Assembly (NCBI GenBank): GCA_049451415.1
Contig: JBMTVN010000002.1
Location: 1 to 46,434 of the forward strand
Reading direction: 5' to 3'
Source of the DNA: Limisphaerales bacterium
Lineage (GTDB): Bacteria; Verrucomicrobiota; Verrucomicrobiia; Limisphaerales; JAHDYP01
Length of the DNA stretch: 46,434 nt
The notes below the pieces were generated by a model. It saw only the letters and a program-made list of their open reading frames with translations. It ran no database searches and was not told the origin of the DNA. Position 1 is the first letter of the stretch; each line of letters starts with the position of its first letter. Shown here piece after piece: positions 40,401 through 46,434 of the stretch. The translations under genes were made by a program, and so were the position numbers.

Positions 40401-41783
40401 ATGCTGGGCTCCATCGTTAAAACCTTCCAAAACTGTTTCAAGATTCCGGAACTGAAGTCCCGGATCTTGTTTACACTTCTGCTGCTCGGTATCTGTCGCC
40501 TCTTGGCGTGGATTCCCGTTCCCGGTCTGAATGCTGCCGAGCTGACGGCCTTTTTTGAGCAGAATGCAGGTAGGATGGACAATACTTTGGTGGGGATGTA
40601 CAGCCTCTTCACCGGTGGAGCTTTGCAGAACTGCGCGGTTGGAGCGTTGGGCATCATGCCCTACATCACGGCCACCATTATTATCCAGTTGCTGAGCGCA
40701 GTCGTTCCTCAATTGAGCAAGTTGGCTCGAGAGGAGGGTGGCAGGGCCAAAATCATTCAATACGGCCGCTACCTGACTCTGGTGCTGTGTCTTGGCCATG
40801 GCACGCTCATGGCCTTGGGTTGGGAGAATCCTCAAACGCTCTTCGGCAGTAACTTTGACCGTCAATTGGTCCTTGGTGATCATGTCTGGTGGTATCGTAT
40901 TCAGACAGTCTTGCTGCTTACCACCGGCACCATGGTCCTGATGTGGTTGGGTGAACAGATTACAGAACGCGGTATCGGCAACGGTGTCTCGCTGGTTATC
41001 ACCATCGGCATTATTGCTGACCTCCCCGGCGCATTCCAGGGCCTGCAGCTGATGTTCTTCCCGCCCGATGGTGGGGAATCCCGTATTCACCTTTTTGGTG
41101 TGGTTGGCCTCCTCATGCTTCTGGGGGCTGTCGTTGCCGGTGTGATCGCGGTCACACAGGCGCAACGCAAGATCCCAGTCCAGTATGCGCAGCGTGCTGT
41201 CGGTCGTAAGGTCTATGCCGGGACGTCTTCTTTCATGCCGCTCCGAGTCAACTATGCGGGTGTGATGCCGATTATCTTCGCGCAGGCTATCCTCATGTTC
41301 CCGAGTAAGGTTTTCTTCCAGCTCGGAAATATGCTGGAGTCGAGTTTCATTTCCGATCTGGGTCTTTATCTCAGCCCCGGTCACTTCTGGTATTATGCCC
41401 TCTACGGGATGATGATTCTGTTCTTCTCCTACTTCTGGGTTGCAACGCAGTTCAACGAGATCCAGATAGCTGACGATCTCAAGAAGCATGGTGGTTATAT
41501 TCCTGGCGTGCGGCCGGGGCAGGCAACCTGCGACTACCTGCACTTCTCCATGAGTCGTATTACATTGGCTGGTGCTATTTTTCTTACTCTGATTGCCGTT
41601 GTGCCGGACATTCTGGGACAAATTTTCGGAGTCGATCCTCGAGTGACCCGCTTTTTCGGTGGCACAAGTATCCTGATCGCCGTCGGTGTCCTTCTGGATA
41701 CGATGCGGCAAATGGAGTCACATTTGCTCATGCGCCACTACGATGGCTTTTTGAAGAAGGGCAGGCTTCGCGGCCGCTTCTAG
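40401..41783 (+). CDS. secY: preprotein translocase subunit SecY
   Basis: LGIMPYITATIIIQLL, ITERGIGNGVSLVI and GGYIPGVRPG in a 10-TM layout. Confidence 0.98.
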   Translation: MLGSIVKTFQNCFKIPELKSRILFTLLLLGICRLLAWIPVPGLNAAELTAFFEQNAGRMDNTLVGMYSLFTGGALQNCAVGALGIMPYITATIIIQLLSAVVPQLSKLAREEGGRAKIIQYGRYLTLVLCLGHGTLMALGWENPQTLFGSNFDRQLVLGDHVWWYRIQTVLLLTTGTMVLMWLGEQITERGIGNGVSLVITIGIIADLPGAFQGLQLMFFPPDGGESRIHLFGVVGLLMLLGAVVAGVIAVTQAQRKIPVQYAQRAVGRKVYAGTSSFMPLRVNYAGVMPIIFAQAILMFPSKVFFQLGNMLESSFISDLGLYLSPGHFWYYALYGMMILFFSYFWVATQFNEIQIADDLKKHGGYIPGVRPGQATCDYLHFSMSRITLAGAIFLTLIAVVPDILGQIFGVDPRVTRFFGGTSILIAVGVLLDTMRQMESHLLMRHYDGFLKKGRLRGRF

Positions 41784-41862
41784 GCTCGGCGTGGACATTT
41801 GTTCCTTGAAATTACCGTTTGAAAGTGGTGACCGGCACTAGCATTTCTCACTTCAGGATTTC

Positions 41863-42636
41863 ATGATCGTCATTAAGACAGAGGACGACCTGAAGCTGAT
41901 GCGCCCTGCGTGCCGCATCGCCGCTGATGTGCTGGCTGAAGTGGCCGCATTTATTCAGCCTGGTGTCACCACCAAGGCTGTGGACGAATATGCTGCTGAG
42001 CGAATGGCTGCCTACGGCGCTCGTAGTGCTTTTCTGGGCTATCGCCAGTTTCCCAGTCATACGTGCCTTTCGGTGAATGAAGAGGTCGTGCATGGGATTG
42101 CCGGAAACCGTGTTATTCAATTTGGCGATCTGGTGAGTGTAGACGTGGGTGTGGTCTATCAAGGTTTTATTGGGGACAACGCCAGGACCGTTGCTGCGGG
42201 TGGATGTGATGTGGATTCCCAACGTCTCATGGATGTTACTGAGCGCTCACTCCATGAGGGCATCTCCCAAGCCGTTGCGGGGAATCGGGTCGTCGATATC
42301 AGCCGGGCGGTTCAACAATGTGTCGAAGCCAATGGATTGAGCGTGGTGCGTGAATTTGTCGGCCATGGGGTAGGGCGCAAAATGCACGAGGACCCCCAAA
42401 TACCCAATTTTGTTGAGAAGAAGTCGTCGCCTGTCCTCAAACCTGGCATGACCCTGGCAATCGAACCCATGGTGAATGCCGGGGTTGCCAGCGTAAAGGT
42501 ACTAAAAGACCGGTGGACAGTCGTGACGCAGGATGGTAAACGTTCCGCTCATTTTGAGCACACTGTGCTCGTGACGGACGGCGCGCCGGAGATTCTGACG
42601 TGTGCGACGACAACCCTTTTGAACTCGAAGGCTTGA
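41863..42636 (+). CDS. map: type I methionine aminopeptidase
   Basis: Blocks HGIAGNRVIQFGDLVSVDVG, GFIGDNARTV, FVGHGVGRKMHE, LAIEPM and FEHTVLVT (metal ligand pattern D,D,H,E,E). Confidence 0.97.
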   Translation: MIVIKTEDDLKLMRPACRIAADVLAEVAAFIQPGVTTKAVDEYAAERMAAYGARSAFLGYRQFPSHTCLSVNEEVVHGIAGNRVIQFGDLVSVDVGVVYQGFIGDNARTVAAGGCDVDSQRLMDVTERSLHEGISQAVAGNRVVDISRAVQQCVEANGLSVVREFVGHGVGRKMHEDPQIPNFVEKKSSPVLKPGMTLAIEPMVNAGVASVKVLKDRWTVVTQDGKRSAHFEHTVLVTDGAPEILTCATTTLLNSKA

Positions 42637-42857
42637 TCGTTTATGTCAGGCAGCCGGGAGTTTACGATTTGGAACTGCCCAACGGCCACAGGCTGTTGGG
42701 CTACGTTGTCCGACGAGATCGAGATTTGGTCACCGACCTGCGGGTCGGTAGCCGGGTGAAAGTGGAAGTATCGCCATGCGACCTCTCAAAGGGTCGCGTG
42801 CGAATGAAGAAAGAAAAACAAGATGAAAGTCAGAGCTTCGGTGAAGCGACTTTGTGA
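42600..42857 (+). CDS. infA: translation initiation factor IF-1 (divergent; start uncertain)
   Basis: S1-like fold pattern [10 protein letters not shown]...[15 protein letters not shown]...[19 protein letters not shown] in the canonical map-infA-rpmJ position. GTG 42600 lies inside map; alternative start TTG 42633. Confidence 0.8.
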   Translation: MCDDNPFELEGLIVYVRQPGVYDLELPNGHRLLGYVVRRDRDLVTDLRVGSRVKVEVSPCDLSKGRVRMKKEKQDESQSFGEATL

Positions 42858-42936
42858 GCACTGCCGGGTTATCCGGCGCAAGGGTGTGATCCGCGTGATC
42901 TGCACCAACGCTCGCCACAAACAACGTCAAGGTTAA
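42823..42936 (+). CDS. rpmJ: 50S ribosomal protein L36 (zinc-ribbon form)
   Basis: Not in the ORF track (<60 aa); translated by hand as [37 protein letters not shown] with stop TAA at 42934-42936. Confidence 0.95.
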   Translation: MKVRASVKRLCEHCRVIRRKGVIRVICTNARHKQRQG

Positions 42937-42944
42937 GAGATCCT

Positions 42945-43340
42945 ATGCCGCGTATTCTTGGTGTCGATATTCCGGGTGACAAGCGCATTGATATTGCGCT
43001 TCGTTACATTTATGGCATTGGCCCGGTTAATGCCTTAGAGGTTCTTGAGAGGGCCCAGTTGGACCCCTCCATCCGTGCAAAGAACCTCACTGAGCAACAA
43101 CTTTCCCAGATCGCTCATGCCCTGCAGGAGGGCAAGTATGTGATCGAAGGTGACCTGCGCCGAGAGCTCGGCATGAACCTCAAGCGGATGCAGGCCATCA
43201 AGTGCTACAGGGGAATCCGCCACCTGCGCAGTTTGCCAGTTCGGGGGCAGAGGACTTCTACCAACGCCCGTACCCGCAAGGGGCCGCGCAAGACCGTTGG
43301 TGTGCAGCGTAATCCGAACGCCAAGACCGGTATCCACTAA
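42945..43340 (+). CDS. rpsM: 30S ribosomal protein S13
   Basis: [26 protein letters not shown]...[29 protein letters not shown]. Confidence 0.99.
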   Translation: MPRILGVDIPGDKRIDIALRYIYGIGPVNALEVLERAQLDPSIRAKNLTEQQLSQIAHALQEGKYVIEGDLRRELGMNLKRMQAIKCYRGIRHLRSLPVRGQRTSTNARTRKGPRKTVGVQRNPNAKTGIH

Positions 43341-43352
43341 CCTTTTTTCACC

Positions 43353-43979
43353 ATGTCCGAAGAATCCAAACCCAAGAAAGCCGCCAACAAGGCGGTTTCA
43401 AGCGAGTCCGAGGCGCCCCAGAAGGCGGTCGCCGAAACTGCCGCCCCTGCCTCAGAGGCCGCCGCTGCCGAGTCTAAGCCGACAAAGACCAAAAAGGCTG
43501 CTGCGCCGACTCCGGCAACAGCTGCCCCGGCCGACGCAACTGGGCCGGCTGCTGCCAGTGCGCCGACGGCTGCCGAGCTGCTGGCTGATGCGTCTGCCGG
43601 CAAGAAGATCATCAAGGCCAAAGGCTCGAAGAATATTGTGTCGGGAGTGGCTCACGTTACCGCTACTTTCAACAACACCACCGTCTCCATCACGGATGCG
43701 CAGGGCAACGTCATTGGCTGGTCCAGTGCCGGCCGCGTTGGTTTCCGTGGTTCCCGCAAATCGACTGCCTTTGCTGCACAACAGGTCGCCCAAGACGCAG
43801 CGCGCCAGGCAATGTCGCATGGCATGAAGGAGGTCGAGATCCAGGTCAAAGGCCCCGGTTCCGGCCGCGAATCTGCCGTTCGGGCACTTCAGGCGATCGG
43901 TATGGAGATCACTACGATTCGTGACGTTACCCCCGTGCCGCACAACGGCTGCCGGCCCCGTAAGAAGCGCCGCGTTTAA
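43353..43979 (+). CDS. rpsK: 30S ribosomal protein S11 with a long low-complexity N-terminal extension
   Basis: The core [30 protein letters not shown]...[11 protein letters not shown]...[15 protein letters not shown] starts near codon 84. The ATG is 12 nt after the rpsM stop. Confidence 0.93.
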   Translation: MSEESKPKKAANKAVSSESEAPQKAVAETAAPASEAAAAESKPTKTKKAAAPTPATAAPADATGPAAASAPTAAELLADASAGKKIIKAKGSKNIVSGVAHVTATFNNTTVSITDAQGNVIGWSSAGRVGFRGSRKSTAFAAQQVAQDAARQAMSHGMKEVEIQVKGPGSGRESAVRALQAIGMEITTIRDVTPVPHNGCRPRKKRRV

Positions 43980-44000
43980 TTCTCAATTCCTCAGAAAACT

Positions 44001-44609
44001 ATGGCTCGTTACACAGGACCCCGTACTCGCATCAGCCGCAGGTTTGGGCTGCCCATCTTCGGCCCCAGTAAATATCTGGAGCGCAGAAATTATCCGCCGG
44101 GAACACATGGCCCGAAGGCACGCCGTAAGTTCAGTGACTATGCCGTTGGTCTGCTTGAAAAGCAGAAGATGCGCTATTTCTATGGCTTGATGGAGAAGCA
44201 GTTTCGCTCTGTTTACCATCAAGCATTGAAGGGGCGCGGCGTTACGGGTGAGAAGATGCTCCAGATTCTGGAGACTCGCCTCGACAACGTAGTGTATCAA
44301 CTTGGCTACGCCAGCACCCGTCCTGCCGCCCGGCAGATGGTGGCGCACGGTCACATCACGGTCAACGGGGGCAAAGTGTCTGTTCCTTCGTATGCCTTGC
44401 GTGTCAACGACGTGGTCGAAGTCCGTGATTTGAGCGTTTCCCGACAGATGGCCACCCGGAATTTCGAGCTGTCCACCAGCCGATCCGTTCCTGACTGGCT
44501 GTCCCTGAACAAGGACGCCTTCCGTGGCGTGGTGATGCGTGTCCCAAGTCGCGAAGAGATTCAGCCTATTGCCAATGAGCAGGCTGTCGTTGAGTTTTAT
44601 TCCCGCTAA
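44001..44609 (+). CDS. rpsD: 30S ribosomal protein S4
   Basis: MARYTGPRTRISRRFG...SDYAVGLLEKQKMRYFYG...RLDNVVYQLGYASTRPAARQMVAHGHITVNG. Confidence 0.98.
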   Translation: MARYTGPRTRISRRFGLPIFGPSKYLERRNYPPGTHGPKARRKFSDYAVGLLEKQKMRYFYGLMEKQFRSVYHQALKGRGVTGEKMLQILETRLDNVVYQLGYASTRPAARQMVAHGHITVNGGKVSVPSYALRVNDVVEVRDLSVSRQMATRNFELSTSRSVPDWLSLNKDAFRGVVMRVPSREEIQPIANEQAVVEFYSR

Positions 44610-44711
44610 ACCGTGAGCCCTGCAGATGGGGCTACAACGCAATTATATGGGCTCTGCTGTTGCGGGAATCTGCGGCAGGGCCAGGTTAAAATTGCGAGAA
44701 AGTAAATATAT

Positions 44712-45725
44712 ATGCCAGTAAGACTAGGTCGTTTCGAAATGCCAAAGCGCTTGACCAAGGAAGAGTCGAGCGCAACTGATACGTACGCCAAATTTATTGC
44801 CGACCCCTTTGAAACGGGTTACGGCCATACTTTGGGCAACTCCTTGCGTCGGGTTCTCCTATCCTCTCTCGAAGGCGCCGCGATCACCTCGCTAAAGATC
44901 GACGGAGCCATGCACGAGTTCACTACGGTGGACGGCGTTGCTGAGGACGTAACCGACATCGTTTTGAATCTCAAGCAGGTTAAGTTTCGTTGTCACAACC
45001 GGGAAACCCAGACTGTACTCTTATCAGTGAACAAGGAGGGGGCAGTTACGGCTGGAGATATCCAGCTCAACCAGAACCTTGAGGTTGTCAATCCCGGTCA
45101 GCACATCTGCACGCTCGACAAGAAAAAGAAGTTCGAGATGGAACTCGAGATCAAGGTTGGTCGAGGCTTCCTCCCGGGCGACGAGAATAAAAAGGTGGAT
45201 CAACCGATCGGCGTTATTGCCATTGATTCACTCTTCTCCCCCGTCTCTCGCGTTCGTTATGCCGTTGAGGCCGCGCGTGTTGGGCAGCGGACTGACTACG
45301 ATCGGCTGATTTTGGAAGTGTGGACGGATGGTCGAGTCTCCCCTGATGACGCCCTCACTCAGGCTTCTGCGATCCTCCAGCGGCATCTAGACGTGTTTGT
45401 CGGTTACGACAAGAACGCCATTGAGTTTGAGGAGGAAGAAACCCGCCAAGATGATGAGCGCGCGAAACTTCGCAAGCTGCTCAACATGAGCGTCAACGAA
45501 ATCGAGTTGAGCGTTCGGGCCGCAAACTGCCTGAACAACGCCAACATCACGACTGTTGGACAGTTGGCGATGAAGACGGAAGCCGAGATGTTGAAATATC
45601 GCAACTTCGGCAAAAAATCTCTGAACGAGATCAAGGACAAGCTGACAACTCTGGGCCTCAGCTTGGGTATGAACCTGGATACCTCCCTCTTGGAATCGCC
45701 CAAAGAAGAGAATCGAACGATCTAA
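44712..45725 (+). CDS. rpoA: DNA-directed RNA polymerase subunit alpha
   Basis: GYGHTLGNSLRRVLLSSLEGAAITS in the N-terminal domain. ELSVRAANCLNNANITTVGQL...NFGKKSLNEIK in the C-terminal domain. Confidence 0.98.
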   Translation: MPVRLGRFEMPKRLTKEESSATDTYAKFIADPFETGYGHTLGNSLRRVLLSSLEGAAITSLKIDGAMHEFTTVDGVAEDVTDIVLNLKQVKFRCHNRETQTVLLSVNKEGAVTAGDIQLNQNLEVVNPGQHICTLDKKKKFEMELEIKVGRGFLPGDENKKVDQPIGVIAIDSLFSPVSRVRYAVEAARVGQRTDYDRLILEVWTDGRVSPDDALTQASAILQRHLDVFVGYDKNAIEFEEEETRQDDERAKLRKLLNMSVNEIELSVRAANCLNNANITTVGQLAMKTEAEMLKYRNFGKKSLNEIKDKLTTLGLSLGMNLDTSLLESPKEENRTI

Positions 45726-45738
45726 GGAATAGGCTTCT

Positions 45739-46218
45739 ATGCGTCACCTCAAACGGACTGCAAAACTAGGCCGGACCAGCGAGCATCGTAACGCGATGCT
45801 GGCCAACTTGGTCTGCAGCCTCATCAAACACAAGCGCATCCAAACCACATTGGCCAAGGCCAAGGCGGCGCGCCCCGTCGCAGAGAAGATGGTCACTCTC
45901 GGCAAGGCTGGCACTCTGCATGCCCGCCGTCTGGCGGCCGCCCGGCTACGCAACCACGGCAAGTCGCTGCATCGGCGCAAAGCCGATCGGGAGGCCTGGA
46001 GGCAGAACGAGGACGTGGTCCGGATTCTGTTCGAGGAGTTGGCCCCTGGTTTCAAGGGCCGTAACGGCGGTTACACTCGCATTATTCGCATGGGCACACG
46101 ACAAGGTGACGCCGGCCAGACAGCCATTTTGGAATGGGTTGACCGGGCTGTTGTGCCTGCCGCTGCCGATGCGCCTGCTGCCCCTGCCGCGGAAGCCTCT
46201 GAGAAGAGCGAAGGCTGA
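45739..46218 (+). CDS. rplQ: 50S ribosomal protein L17 (internal insertion and Ala/Pro-rich C-terminal tail)
   Basis: MRHLKRTAKLGRTSEHRNAMLANL...IQTTLAKAKAARPVAEKMVTLGK...GGYTRIIRMGTRQGD. Confidence 0.96.
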   Translation: MRHLKRTAKLGRTSEHRNAMLANLVCSLIKHKRIQTTLAKAKAARPVAEKMVTLGKAGTLHARRLAAARLRNHGKSLHRRKADREAWRQNEDVVRILFEELAPGFKGRNGGYTRIIRMGTRQGDAGQTAILEWVDRAVVPAAADAPAAPAAEASEKSEG

Positions 46219-46235
46219 GTAGGACTTTTGAACAC

Positions 46236-46272
46236 GCCCGATCTCCTGACGGAGATCGGGCTTTTTGTTTTT
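46236..46272 (+). terminator. rho-independent terminator ending the ribosomal/RNAP block
   Basis: An 11-bp perfect stem GCCCGATCTCC (46236-46246) / GGAGATCGGGC (46251-46261) with loop TGAC, followed by TTTTTGTTTTT (46262-46272). It starts 18 nt after the rplQ stop. Confidence 0.85.
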
Positions 46273-46434
46273 CGGCATCCAGCCTCTTCTGCGGGAAGAT
46301 CCGGGTGGCTTCGGACACTTCGCACTTGGAGCGCCGGAACCAACAATCCCGGTCGGCGGCTGGAACCCCTTGGTGGAGGAGATCCGGCCCGCGGCGCACG
46401 CCTGAGCTCTGGACGAACCTCTGGGCCGAAACCC

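Noticed and set aside
40176-41711. 511-aa minus-strand ORF
   Set aside because: Antisense shadow of secY. Polar low-complexity product.
43297-43827. 176-aa plus-strand and 94-aa/163-aa minus-strand Pro/Arg/Ala-rich ORFs over the rpsK 5' region
   Set aside because: These are alternative-frame readings of the Ala/Pro-rich S11 extension. The rpsK frame is the only one continuous with a conserved core.
46273-46434. Possible gene at the right window edge (minus-strand ORFs 46082..46399 and 46071..46346)
   Set aside because: Both read through the intrinsic terminator and into rplQ. There are no recognisable motifs and too little sequence to call anything.
1-46434. Search by eye for CRISPR repeats, IS/transposase or integrase genes, phage modules, defence-system signatures and long direct or inverted repeats
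   Set aside because: None found. Apart from short intergenic hairpins and the His-codon tract in larC, no repeat structure was noticed, though a computational repeat scan would be more sensitive than reading.

Overview
GC-rich bacterial chromosomal window. All calls rest on motif recognition and hand-folding only; no searches were run. The gene content suggests a PVC-superphylum, Verrucomicrobiota-like genome, which is inference: an H-X9-DG prepilin-type protein, a GYF_2 membrane protein, a DUF6807/PmoA-like protein, GTP-PEPCK, the order tRNA-Thr-tuf-tRNA-Trp-secE, and no L30. Bases 1-15,022 hold mixed-strand housekeeping and accessory genes. These are a DUF6807 protein, pckG, a larB-larC-trm112-like operon, a small membrane ORF, a minus-strand run of marC-glyQS-AI-2E permease-pseudopilin, an orphan PTS EIIC, a GYF membrane protein, mutY and rnhC. 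Bases 15,211-46,272 form one co-directional plus-strand translation/transcription block. Its order is tRNA-Thr, tuf, tRNA-Trp, tRNA-Ser, secE, nusG, rplKAJL, rpoBC, rpsLG, fusA, the S10, spc and alpha clusters (with secY, map, infA, rpmJ, rpoA, rplQ), then a textbook intrinsic terminator. I found no CRISPR array, transposase, integrase, phage genes or recognisable defence system, and no convincing novel multi-gene system. The leads worth a second look are modest. They are an ~80-aa low-complexity N-terminal extension on S11; a divergent infA overlapping both neighbours; an extra tRNA-Ser abutting the secE start codon; larBC coupled to a Trm112-like gene without larA/larE; an orphan PTS EIIC; a ParD-like mini-ORF; and unusual spacer placement in the rplKAJL-rpoB region.
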